Below are positions 25,401 to 38,442 of a stretch of DNA of 64,000 nt, in pieces. Positions within the stretch are counted from its first letter, which is position 1. Each line of letters opens with the position of its first letter. This DNA comes from Balanoglossus misakiensis (Eukaryota > Animalia > Hemichordata): assembly GCA_040954595.2 (NCBI GenBank), contig CM082587.2:8313403-8377402 (forward strand), read 5' to 3'. The notes under the pieces were generated by a model that had not been told where the DNA came from, made no database searches, and was given only the letters and a program-made list of their open reading frames with translations. A program made the translations under genes and the position numbers.

Positions 25401-28400
25401 AGGTCATGTGAGGCCACTTGAAAGTTGGGCAAAACATTTTAACCCCATACTAGTCCAGGTCCAAGAAAAACCAGACATCTAGCCCTATTGGTTCGCCTAG
25501 AATTAGATATGCACATAATTAATGAGGTAAAGTATAAGGCTCCATTAGGAGTCACAACCCTCCAAATGCCAAAGCTGTATCTGCGCTGGTTGCCGAGTTA
25601 TGGTAAAGTAGGTCAAAGGTCACCTGAGGTCACCCAAAAATTGGGCAAAAATGTTTGATCCCATACTGGTCCATGTTTAACAAAAATCAAACCTCTAGCC
25701 CTATTTGCTAGCCTGGAATTAGGTATGCACATAATTAATGAGATATGCAGGTGTCACAGGTGACCTTCAATTTTGTCTTTTCAATTTTAGTCACAACCCT
25801 CCAAACGCCAAGTCTGTACCTGCTGTGGATGCCGAGATATATGAAAGTAGGTCAAAGGTCACCTGAGGTCACCCAAAATTTGGGCAAAAATTTTTGATCC
25901 CATACTGGTCCATGTCCCACAAGAACAAAACCTCTAGCCCTATTAGTTAGCCTGGAATTAGGTATGCACATAATTAATGAGTTAAGCAGGTGTTACAGGT
26001 GAGCCCAAAATTTTGCCTTTTATTGTGGTCCCATTCTGCTCACGGGCCAATAGAGAGTCACTGTACAGGACCATTGCACAGCCAACCTGGACATAGCGTG
26101 ATAGCTTAACTATAGAAAGTATAGGCCTATGGCTGGGTCCAAAAATATGAAAAATAAAAAAATCTTCTTCTCAAAATAGACTTGGCCCACGGCCTTGACA
26201 TTTGGCATGTAGGACACTGACCACATGGTCCGCAAAAATCGCTAAAAGAATGTTGATATCTCCATTCATATGCAAATTAGGCCCATTTGAAAACTTTGCC
26301 CATATATGGTCATCAGGTCATGTGACTAATTACACATTCACGAGGGTACTGCACGAGCTCTCATAGACCTGCACCATTGTGCCAAGTTTGAGATTCGTAG
26401 CTTCAGCCATTTCCAAGATCCTAGTTGGCAAAAAAACTGCACAAGAAAAAGAAGTAGAAGAATATAGCTGCAAGCAGCGATGACGGGCACAAGCTTAAGC
26501 CGAAGGTCAAAGGTCATATGTGGTCACCCAAAAACTGGGCAAAAAGTTTTGACCCCCATACTAGTCCAGGTCCAACAGAAACCAGACCTCTAGCCCTATT
26601 GGTTTGTCTGAAATTAGATATACGCATAATTAATGATGTAAAGTGTAAGACTCTATCAATAGTTCGATCTATCCAAACACAAATGCTGTACCTGTTCTGG
26701 ATGCCGAGGAAAGTAGGTCAAAGGTCACCTGAGGCCATCCGAAAGTTTAGCAAAAAATTTTGACCCCATACCAGTCCAGGTCCAACAAAAATCAGGCCTC
26801 TAACCCTATTGGTTCGCCTAGAATTAGATATGCACATAATTAATGGGGTAAAGTATAAGGCTTCATTAGGAGTTCCATGCCTCCAAATGCCAAGGCTGTA
26901 TCTGCGCTGGTTACCGAGATATGGTAAAGTAGGTCAAAGGTCACCTGAGGTCACCCAAAATTGGGCAAGAAATTTTAACCCAATACTGGTCCATGTTCAA
27001 CAAAAATCAAACCTCTAGCCCTATTGGCTAGCCTGGAATTAGGTATGCACATAATTAATGAGATAAGCAGGTGTCACAGGTGACCCCTAGTTTTGTCTTT
27101 TCAATTTTAGTCACAACCCTCCAAACGCCAAGTCAGTACCTGCTGTGGATGCCGAGATATAGGAAAGTAGGTCAAAGGTCACCTGAGGTCACCCAAAATT
27201 TGGGCAAAAATTTTTGATGCCATACTGATCCATGTCCCACAAGAACAAAACCTCTAGCCTTATTAGTTAGCCTGGAATTAGGTATGCACATAATTAATGA
27301 GTTAAGCAGGTGTTACAGGTGAGCCCAAAATTTTGCCTTTTATTGTGGTCCCATTCTGCTCACGGGCCAATAGAGAGTCACTGTACAGGACCATTGCACA
27401 GCCGACGTGGACATAGCGTCATAGCTTAACGATAGAAAGTATAGGCCCATGGCTGGGTTCAAAAATATGAAAAATAAAAAAATCTTCTTCTCAAAATAGA
27501 CTTGGACCACGGCCTTGACATTTGGCATGTAGGACACTGACCACATGGTCTGCAAAAATCGCTAAAAGAATTTTGATATCTCCATTCATATGCAAATTAG
27601 GCCCATTTGAAAACTTTGCCCATATATGGTCATCAGGTCACATGACTAATTAAACATTCACAGGGATACTGCACCAGCTCTCATAGACCTGCACCATTAT
27701 GCCAAGTTTGAGATTTGTAGGTTCAGCCGTTTTCAAGACCTACCTGAGCAAAAAAACTACACAAGAAAAAAAAAAAAAAAAATATAGCTGCAAGCAGCGA
27801 TGACGGGCACAAGCTTAAGCCGAAGGTCAAAGGTCATATGTGGTCGCCCAAAATTTGGGCAAAAAGTTTTGATCCCAATACTAGTCCAGGTCCAACAGAA
27901 ACCAGACCTCTAGCCCTATTGGCTTGTCTGAAATTAGATATGCGCATAATGAATGATGTAAAGTGTAAGACTCCATTAATAGTTCGATCCATCCAAACAC
28001 AAATGCTGTACCTGTTCTGGATGCCGAGATATAGGAAAGTAGGTCAAAGGTCACCGAAGGCCACCCGAAAGTTGGGCAAAAAATTTTGACCCCATACTAG
28101 TCCAGGTCCAACAAAAACCAGACCTCTAGCCCTATTGGCTCGACTAGAATTATATATGCACATAATTAATGAGGTAAAGTATAAGGCTCCATTAGGAGTT
28201 CCATGCCTCCAAATGCAATGCCTGTATCTGCGTGGGTTGCCGAGATATGGTAAAGTAGGTCAAAGGTCACCTGAGGTCACCCAAAATTGGGCAAGAAATT
28301 TTAACCCCATACTGGTCCATGTTCAACAAAAATCAAACCTCTAGCCCTATTGGCTAGCCTGGAATTAGGTATGCACATAATTAATGAGATAAGCAGGTGT

Positions 28401-31400
28401 CACAGGTGACCCCCAATTTTGTCTTTTCAATTTTAGTCACAACCCTCCATACGCCAAGTCTGTACCTGCTGTGGATGCCAAGATATAGGAAAGTAGGTCA
28501 AAGGTCACCTGAGGTCACCCAAAATTTGGGCAAAAATTTTTGATCCCATACTGGTCCATGTCCCACAAGAACAAAACCTCTAGCTGTATTAGTTAGCCTG
28601 GAATTAGGTATGCACATAATTAATGAGTTAAGCAGGTGTTACAGGTGAGCCTAAAATTTTGCCTTTTATTGTGGTCCCATTCTGCTCACGGGCCAATAGA
28701 GAGTCACTGTACAGGACCATTGCACAGACGTGGACAGTATAGGCCCATGGCTGGGTCCAAAAATATGAAAAATAAAAAATCTTCTTCTCAAAATAGACTT
28801 GGCCCACGGCCTTGACATTTGGCATGTAGGACACTGACCACATGGTCTGCAAAAATCGTTAAAAGAATTTTGATATCTCCATTCATATGCAAATTAGGCC
28901 CATTTGAAAACTTTGCCCATATATGGTCATCAGGTCACATGACTAATTAAACATTCACAGGGATACTGCACCAGCTCTCATAGGCCTGCACCATTGTGCC
29001 AAGTTTGAGATTTGTAGGTTCAGCCGTTTTCAAGATCTACCTGAGCAAAAAAACTACACAAGAAAAAAAAAAAAAAAAAAAGATGAAAAACCCCAGTAAT
29101 ACCAATAGGGCACAAGCCTGCTTGGCTTGTGCCCTAAATATAGCTGCAAGCAGCGATGACGGGCACAAGCTTAAGCCGAAGGTCAAAGGTCATATGTGGT
29201 CACCCAAAATTTGGGCAAAAAGTTTTGACCCCTATACTAGTCCAGGTGCATACGGAAACCAGACCTCTAGCCCTATTGGTTTGTCTGAAATTATATATGC
29301 GCATAATTAATGATGTAAAGTGTAAGACTCCATTAATAGTTCGATCCGTCCAAACACAAATGCTGTACCTGTCCTGGATGCCGAGATATAGGAAAGTAGG
29401 TCAAAGGTCACCTGAGGTCACCCAAAATTTGGGCAAAAATTTTTGATCCCATACTGGTCCATGTTCAACAAAAATCAAACCTCTAGCCATATTGGCTAGC
29501 CTGGAATTAGGTATGCACATAATTAATGAGATATGCAGGTGTCACAGGTGACCTTCAATTTTGTCTTTTCAATTTTAGTCACAACCCTTCAAACGCCAAG
29601 TCTGTACGTGCTGTGGATGCCGAGATATAGGAAAGTAGGTCAAAGGTCACCTGAGGTCACCCAAAATTTGGGCAAAAAATTTTGATCCCATACTGGTCCA
29701 TGTCCCACAAGAACAAAACCTCTAGCCCTATTAGTTAGCCTGGAATTAGGTATGCACATAATTAATGAGTTAAGCAGGTGTTACAGGTGAGCCCAAAATT
29801 TTGCCTTTTATTGTGGTCCCATTCTGCTCACGGGCCAATAGAGAGTCACTATACAGGACCATTGCACAGCCAACGTGGACATAGCGTGATAGCTTAATTA
29901 TAGAAAGTATAGGCCTATGGCTGGGTCCAAAAATATGAAAAATAAAAAATCTTCTTCTCAAAATAGACTTGGCCCACGGCCTTGACATTTGGCATGTAGG
30001 ACACTGACCACATGGTCCGCAAAAATCGCTAAAAGAATTTTGATATCTCCATTCATATGCAAATTAGGCCCATTTGAAAACTTTGCCCATATATGGTCAT
30101 CAGGTCACATGACTTATTAAACATTCACGAGGGTACTGCACCAGCCCTCATAGGCCTGCACCACTGTGCCAAGTTTGAGATTTGTAGGTTCAGCCGTTTT
30201 CAATATCCTGTTGGGCAAAAAAACGACACAAGAAAAAAAAAAAATATAGCTGCAAGCAGCGATGACGGGCACAAGCTTAAGCCGAAGGTCAATGGTCATA
30301 TGTGGTCACCCAAAAATTGGGCAAAAAGTTTTGACCCCCATACTAGTCCAGGTCCAACAGAAACCAGACCTCTAGCCCTATTGGTTTGTCTGAAATAAGA
30401 TATGCGCATAATTAATGATGTAAAGTGTAAGACTCTATCAATAGTTCGATCCATCCAAACACAAATGCTGTACCTGTTCTGGATGCCGAGATATAGGAAA
30501 GTAGGTCAAAGGTCACCTGAGGCCATCCGAAAGTTTAGCAACAAAATTTGACCCCGTGCCAGTCCAGGTCCAACAAAAATCAGACATCTAACCCTATTGG
30601 TTCGCCTAGAATTAGATATGCACATAATTAATGAGGTAAAGTATGAGGCTCCATTAGGAGTCACAACCCTCCAAATGCCAAAGCTGTATCTGTGCTGGTT
30701 GCCGAGATATGGTAAAGTAGGTCAAAGGTCACCTGAGGTCACCCAAAATTTGGGCAAAAATTTTTGATCCCATACTGGTCCATGTTCAACAAAAATCAAA
30801 CCTCTAGCCATATTGGCTAGCCTGGAATTAGGTATGCACATAATTAATGAGATATGCAGGTGTCACAGGTGACCTTCAATTTTGTCTTTTCAATTTTAGT
30901 CACAACCCTTCAAACGCCAAGTCTGTACGTGCTGTGGATGCCGAGATATAGGAAAGTAGGTCAAAGGTCACCTGAGGTCACCCAAAATTTGGGCAAAAAA
31001 TTTTGATCCCATACTGGTCCATGTCCCACAAGAACAAAACCTCTAGCCCTATTAGTTAGCCTGGAATTAGGTATGCACATAATTAATGAGTTAAGCAGGT
31101 GTTACAGGTGAGCCCAAAATTTTGCCTTTTATTGTGGTCCCATTCTGCTCACGGGCCAATAGAGAGTCACTATACAGGACCATTGCACAGCCAACGTGGA
31201 CATAGCGTGATAGCTTAACTATAGAAAGTATAGGCCTATGGCTGGGTCCAAAAATATGAAAAATAAAAAAATCTTCTTCTCAAAATAGACTTGGCCCACG
31301 GCCTTGACATTTGGGATGTAGGACACTGACCACATGGTCCGCAAAAATCGCTAAAAGAATTTTGATATCTCCATTCATATGCAAATTAGGCCCATTTGAA

Positions 31401-31792
31401 AACTCTGCCCATATATGGTCATCAGGTCACATGACTTATTAAACATTCACGAGGGTACTGCACCAGCCCTCATAGGCCTGCACCACTGTGCCAAGTTTGA
31501 GATTTGTAGGTTCAGCCGTTTTCAATATCCTGTTGGGCAAAAAAACGACACAAGAAAAAAAAAAAAAAGATGAAAAACCCCAGTAATACCAATAGGGCAC
31601 AAGCCTGCTTGGCTTGTGCCCTAAAAAGATGAAAAACCCCAGTAATACCAATAGGGCACAAGCCTGCTTGGCTTGTGCCCTAAAAAAACAGGGTAAAACC
31701 AATAGGGCACAAGCGCCTGAGGGCGCTTGTGCCCTAAAAACTCCAGCAATAACAGAAGGGGACCAAGCGCCTGAGGGCGCTTGGTCCCCTAA
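22491..31792 (-). mobile_element. Array of ~6 Helentron/Helitron2-like non-autonomous elements (~1.1-1.35 kb units with internal ~120/240-bp subrepeats)
   Basis: Units begin AATATAGCTGCAAGCAGCGATGACGGGCACAAGC at 25135, 26461, 27781, 29137 and 30243, with an older divergent unit at 22491. They carry a GCTGC-AA-GCAGC hairpin and a sub-TIR GGGCACAAGC. The opposite end has the hairpin TAGGGCACAAGC..GCTTGTGCCCTA. Insertions lie in A/T runs with no TSD. Confidence 0.75.
23408..24127. mobile_element. PIF/Harbinger-like MITE nested in the oldest Helentron unit
   Basis: TAA|GGCTGCATTCACAAACACCTC ... GAGGTGTTTGTGAATGCAGCC|TAA: perfect 21-bp TIR, 3-bp TAA TSD, G/C runs inside the ends. Confidence 0.85.
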
Positions 31793-32951
31793 AGAATAAT
31801 AACGCGCATGGTACAGCCCCCAAATCGGGAAAAATTGCTCTTTAATTGCCAGAAATGTTTCTGGGGGCATTGGAAAAATGTCGAAATACGACACAAAAGT
31901 AGTAACTGCTTTGTTTAAAGGCTTATAGCCTATTTGTCACATCAGATGACTTTAACAAGGCTGTTAGTCACCTTTTACAGCACGAACCATCTGACGACGA
32001 ATATAGTAGCGTATAATGTTTATTACAGACTCCACCAAAGCGAAGATGTCCAAAACCCGTGAAATACATATTTGAAAGGGCCAACTTGAAATGTTGGACT
32101 CACCAAAAATCCGAAATACGTGTGTTGGTAAGTGGGTTGGGGAAATTGCGATACCAGGGTGGCAGGTGCGTCAACTTGCCACAGCCAAATATTCCGTGAC
32201 GAAGAAAATAAGAAAATGTATGTATAAAGATAACGGCAGATATGAAAATTGTAAAGCTAACCTAAGTTTGATTGACATGTTAGAGGCTTCCGAGTTGAGC
32301 TCTTACAACTTTCGACAAACAAACCCAGCTTAGAAGAAACGGTCCGACGACAAAATGTCAGAATATCGTTACTTCATATATCCGACTCTTCTTTCGATTT
32401 TTTCCCGTCAGTTAGAAGAATGCCGTGCTAAGTTAGCAAATACCGAGGCCTTTTGGGGGTAGTGTAATTGATGCGCACTGCTACACGACGAGGAACTACA
32501 AAATTCATGGGCAAGTCTGTTTAGGATGAAAACGAATCGCCGTTTGAAAGAGTATCCCTTTTCAAAGACATCCTCAGACGTTATTTTCTTATAGCGGAAC
32601 AACCAGTACAGGAAATCGCTTTTGGAGAATATTGGGAAAAAGAAATCGGCTGCTCACAGAACAGAAACACAACAAAGAAAAAAAAGTGAAATTTCTTCCA
32701 CGGCGCGAGAATTAGTACCACGGGAAAGGTGTCAGAGGAAACGGAAACGAGAAAGAGTAAGAGGGGACCGAGAAAGGGCAAAGAAAAAGCAAAATGAAAC
32801 AAACAAACAAAAAGACAAACCGAATCTTCAACTTATGTGCTGTTCCGATTACATGGTTTTCAAAAATAGGGTAGGAAGGTGGGGATTTTTTAATTTTATT
32901 TTGCAATTAGTTATATCTTTGGCCGCCGCGGTGTAGAAGAATGAGCAGACG

Positions 32952-33062
32952 TAAAACACTTTATTTTCGCGAGTTAAAATTGTCGCGATATTGAGAGAGG
33001 CCACTGTTTCGCGAGTATTAATTTTCGCGTTCTCTTATTTCATTCACTGCATCGTTATCTTC
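32952..33062. mobile_element. Half copy of a CTGTAAAAC/TCGCGA-type MITE
   Basis: Reverse complement of 48690-48800. Confidence 0.7.
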
Positions 33063-34010
33063 AAAATAGGCATGATGGCATACGCGTCGTATATCCGGGG
33101 AAATGTGTTGTAATAAGTTCTCATTTCCATCTGTACAAGGTTAGGTTAGGTCTATTTCATACTGAAAGCCACAGTACTAGTTTGACGTTTATCAAAACCA
33201 ACCCCGAGTACTGAATGACCTAGTCATTTTAATTGAGAAGTTATCAAATTTTCACAAAAATGAACAGTATTCACAGGGTTAGAAAGACTTCTGATTGACG
33301 CACAGCATTCATTGTCAATTCAACTGCGTCCCTTTCTTCAATCACGATAGCCAGGGGCACACCATTTGGTATTTGGAGGAGGGGGGTTCAGGATTTTAGG
33401 AGGGGTGGGGTGTTGCCAGCTATTAAATTTTGGGTCCACGAAATCCTTTGCTCTTACTTCCAGAAAGGCTGGTGTTTTCCACCAACTTCGTAAGCAAGTA
33501 CCGATCCCTGGTTCTCGATCATTATTGTTGAAGCTGGCATGATTGAAAGTTTAGCCTACACTGTGGGTCGTGCATGTGTTGAAGTGTCACACGAACAGAA
33601 ATTCATTTTCTTGTTCTATTCCTGAAGCAAGCTATTTACCGTTATTCTGCTCGGAACATAGCCTTAATATTTTCAACAATCCTATGCTCTAATCACAGTC
33701 GCTGAGCCTGTCGATAATCACAATATACTGAAATAGCGAAAATACATGTATACGAAACAATCAGGGGAATTTTTCTATCCAACTGCGTATATGTAAACGC
33801 TGATTTTTGCCTAGTCAAAATTTCTTGGGCTATAATTAACTCTAGGCCTACCGATTAATGTATGTGTGACCCATTTAATGGGCGTTTCAGATCTAAACTT
33901 GCTTTGTAAATTGTATAAATCACACAAAAAAGTTTCCAAGTATCATCTGGATGGGGGGGGGGTTATGCTATCTGGTTCCTCCCCAAATATTATATGGCCT
34001 GTCCCTTAAT

Positions 34011-34077
34011 ATTTCCCGGAAGTGCACTATACATCTCAAGACCAAGAAGATGTGACGTGAAGACTGTCTGGAGAAAG
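34011..34077 (+). promoter_or_regulatory. Candidate ADAR promoter / non-coding first exon
   Basis: TTCCCGGAAGTG (overlapping STAT GAS and ETS motifs) and TGACGTGA, followed by the donor AAAG|gtaaac at 34077 and a CpG-richer stretch. The next acceptor before the ATG is tatag|G at 38404. Confidence 0.4.
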
Positions 34078-37000
34078 GTAACATTTTATTTTGATCATTG
34101 GATTATTTGATTGGTTGACTTGTGAATGTAATTTTACTTTATTGTGAGCAATTTTGTTGTATGTGCATTTTCAGCTGGATTAGGACGAGTGTTGTACGCG
34201 TACGTGTGCAACACATCATCTCGCGTTCGGTCGGTCGGTAGATGACGGCCACTGCACTGATGCATGTTATAATCCGAGTACTATCATATCACAGGAAGCA
34301 TATATTGGTGCATAGCCTAATTGAAACTATTTACAGGAGACATGCAAGATGTAGACTACTTAGGGTCCGTAGCCCATTAACTTCGTGGATACAGATGCGA
34401 GGTTGTCTGGTCACCAAGACTGTTTGGTGTAAAATTGAGCAGAGAAATTGACATCTTGTGATTGTTGATCTATGCAGTAGATGTTTACTCACATACAGAC
34501 AAACCCCATGAAATCACGCGTTCTTTGGTCGTGTTCTGACAACTGGACGTCTGGGCTAGGATCAGACAGTCCGTCCATCATTGTGGTGTATTTCAGGTCA
34601 TTCATTCCATTCATTCACTGAATTAATGCATTCAAATGCTGAAATGTCTGTTGTGTTCTAAAAAAAGGCCAGACAACGTTGAAGGGGGTTTCCGACATCG
34701 GTGAACACGCCTCCAAAACAACAAACCCGGGTTTTCCATTCGTAAGCAATAACTGGGGAAAAACGTTGGCAGAAAAATGAAACCGATTTAGTGATCATCC
34801 ATTTGGGTTAGAAAACAGCGAGTGTAGACAATCGACAAGACTTGCACGCTTTGCGTTCTAAAATTCACTGAATGCCTGTTTGTTGTTTGTTTTGTTGTAG
34901 AGACCTTTGAACGATCGACGCCGTCCCATAATATATCCAGTGTTATTTTATCAGGCCTGGGGTATAGTGTCTGGTAAGTTAATATTCTGTGTACATGCAT
35001 TTGTTATGTTTTCCATCAGTTCCATAATTACCCGTGAGTATAAGACAATATTTTTGAGCTGTACTCAAAATATGGATTTACTGTTTCACTCAATGTATAG
35101 TGTTTTGTGGTGTTTTCATGTTGAACCCTGAGGCCTGGGGACTCAGTTTCCTGATTGTTATAATTGTATATCAATGAATTGTAAACTGAATAGAAAGAAA
35201 GTAGAGTGTTCCCATTTTACTGTTTAAGTTAGGGGGGGGGGACTCAAATTGTGTGAAAAATGCTGAATCAGCATCATGGCTTTTCTATATACAGTTTTCC
35301 ATGTGTCAAAATTCTATACAGCTATGGAATATGATAAACAGATAACCATACACTGCATCTGAGTAATCATGTACTTAACATTAATGAATTGTAATCTCAC
35401 AGCATTTCTGTCATTCTGCTTTCTGGTGGTACATTATTTAATCCAAGTGACACTCAGATGATTGTTTCTATCAATCATTAATCATGCATTTATCCATAAT
35501 ATCAGAATGTAACTGCAATTAAGATTTAATAACTCGGTATGAATGAAAATAGAGAATATGTCAAAAGATAGCGCATAGCAGTCAAATAGCATTTTCCCTA
35601 CTGGTTTTATTAACACTAAGGAGTTTAATTGATGGAATGCAAAAATACATTTGAACACATCGTTGTAGTCAAACCGCATTTTCTCTACTGTACTGGCGCA
35701 GTGGTTGATTGAGTGACACCTAGGAGTTAAATTTCTGGAATGCAAAAATATATTGGAATGCTGTCTGCATGATGTCAAAGTGAAACAAATCTTGATCTTT
35801 ACTTCCTAATGACTTGGTAATAATCAAAATAGCAAAAGATGATCTCACTGTATCAAGTTACTTTGATCTGAAAGATTCAGCAGCTGCTGACTGTCTAACC
35901 TAGGTCACTTCTTTGCAGAGAGATTCAAATCATCAATTTTCTCTGTGATTTTGTATTTCAATTTGAACTGGAAATTTTCATAGTGAATCTGTGCAGTTTG
36001 AAGCAGATTTTAAAATTAATTCATGTAAACTATTTGTGTAGGAGTTTTAAATAATGACATAAAAACAATGTAAGATTTGCTGTTTGTATTAAAAGACAGC
36101 TGTCATTAAAGGTTAATCGTAATCAATAGATGACACTTTTCAAAGACATATTTCAGATACACATCTGGGAGGTTTACAATTTAATGCATTCTGATTCAGG
36201 TGCAATAAAGGAAAACAATTATCTTCATTCAATGTGATTTTCTTCAGGATGTACAATGTACTAGGTTCTTCTATTCAATATGAAATTAATGTATGAAACT
36301 CAGACTGTGAAATTAGTTAGCAAAGGTTCAGTGTTTCTATATATAATTTCTGTCCCATTCTGGTATGGGTATACAATTTCTACATAAATCAATGGAGCTT
36401 TCTGTCATCAGATACCGATAAGACAAGGAAAAAAAGAAGGGAAAATGTATGCCAATAAAACAATAATTACATTAATTTAGCAAATATGATTATTTCTTGT
36501 CTGTCGGTTTAATGATACACCCGTATTTCATTTTGTGTGCATCAGCTGTCACATCATGTTGAAATGGATATATGTCTGTGTTGAAGGCATGCAAGTTAAT
36601 GGTGATGGCAAGTTAAATATTTGAACTATAAAAATGTTATTGTTGAAAATTATTATCCATAACTGAGTTTAATAGACAAATTAACCTACCCATTCAAATG
36701 ATGTACAATTGGTTGAGTTGAAAGTCCTGCCATTTCTTTCATTCTTGCGAGCCAGATTCACTATCTTGGCGAGAGAAAGCAACTCTGAAAGAGGTCGTGT
36801 TTTGCGACGATGCATTTCTTTATATTTCAGATGTTTGGATTCTGCTTAATAATAAGTGTTTTTATCCAAATTTATATCAACAATATGACAGTGAATGCAG
36901 CTATTCAGTACAAAAATACTGATTCACCATTATTTGTAGATTAATAGCATGTAAAAAGCATGAGTATATTGCTCTATAACATCTCATATCAGTGTAAAAC

Positions 37001-37574
37001 AAAATACAGACAACAAAATACATCTTAAATGCTGTCAAAAGTTCATTTCACACTTCTTTGGAAGAAATAGGATAGTTTGAATACCAAAGGCCAGAACAGA
37101 AGTCTGGCAAAGATCAGCTGACAAATATGAAACTGACCTCGTCTCAGTCACAGTGGTATTTTTCTAATTTAAACACAAACTGAAAATAGCATTAGAATGA
37201 CTCGTCTCAAAATACAATCCCTGGCTTAAATTCATCAAGCATGAATGAATAATCATGTTTTAATTGGTCTGCTGTATGGAAACAGTCAATAGTCAAACTA
37301 TTAAGTCATGATGGATTAGTGAGCCTAGATAGTTTGATAATTCATTGTGATTCATAAGAATTTAATATCGACAGGGATTTCCATTGAAGTGTGCATTGCT
37401 GTTATGATGGCAATACGCCTTTCTCCTGGTTGGTATGTATAGCTGTAAACATGTATAGACCCTTCCACATCTCACTAAATACTCAAACGACAATCCTTCT
37501 GACAAAGCCAATCTGGGTAAAGCTTTAGATGTACTATAGTTAGTTTCAAAAGTCTATGCTGGTTCTGCACTATA

Positions 37575-37750
37575 AAGGGACATAATTTGGGCTTTATTTT
37601 CAGTATTTTTGTTCTGTGTACCAAATGCAATTTCTTGTTCTTCTCTATACAACGTTCATGGTAACATACCTAGTCCTCAGCTTATCAACACAGCCTGTAT
37701 GTGTGTAACGGCTATTGTTATTGTTGACGAATGAATTCTAGTCCGGACTG
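37575..37750. mobile_element. Partial palindromic MITE (GAATTCTAGTCCGGACT core)
   Basis: Aligns in inverted orientation with 49620-49790. Confidence 0.6.
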
Positions 37751-38298
37751 GTACTGTGGTAGTTATCAAAAAATTTTGAAGTGATTTTTTGTTGCACTTA
37801 ACATTTACTTGTAATTGGATAAGAATTTATTCACTATAAATTTGAATGTACTATTATTAACTGTGCATGTATCTTGCTATAATTCTGAGAAAATGATGTT
37901 GTTGTAGACTGGTGTTAGGTACATGATTTCTGCTTTATTCATGTGAGGGCGCTAGACTAATATTATTTGTCAGTGAGAAGATAGTTGATGAAATGTAATA
38001 GTTCCTGCAGATGAAGTCTGGGAGATTGTGTGGGGTTTTTTTGCATTCATTTATCTATCCATTTTCTGCTGTTTTTATTGGTCACTGGTTTTACGGTGTC
38101 TTTAGTGGGTTTTCCTAACCATTTCAATTTACTTCAACACATTTCTTTCAATGATCATACACTTATTCTATAGATAATAATTCTATTATACTATGATTCT
38201 ATACTATGTTTCATAGACATTTAAAAATAACAGAGCATAAACATGTACATACCGTAAAGGCTACAAGTTCAGGATGAAAACAATGTTATTTTTGCAAC

Positions 38299-38330
38299 GA
38301 AACAAACAAACAAACAAACAAACAAACAAA
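38299..38330. repeat. (AAAC)n microsatellite
   Basis: About 7 AAAC units. Confidence 0.9.
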
Positions 38331-38442
38331 AATACAAATATACTTGCACATGATAAAAATATTAAAGTGATCGTGAACAGTTGCATTTCCTTCTATTTTT
38401 ATAGGTGACAGAGATAAAAGATAAAAACCATAGCAAGTCAAA

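Noticed and set aside
31570-31792. CRISPR-like look of regularly spaced palindromes
   Set aside because: Eukaryotic context, no unique spacers, no cas genes; explained as Helentron termini.
25135-31894. Recurring 70-150 aa ORFs (MWSPK..., MQTMWSV...)
   Set aside because: By-products of the repeat units; stops and frames differ between copies and no domain is recognisable.
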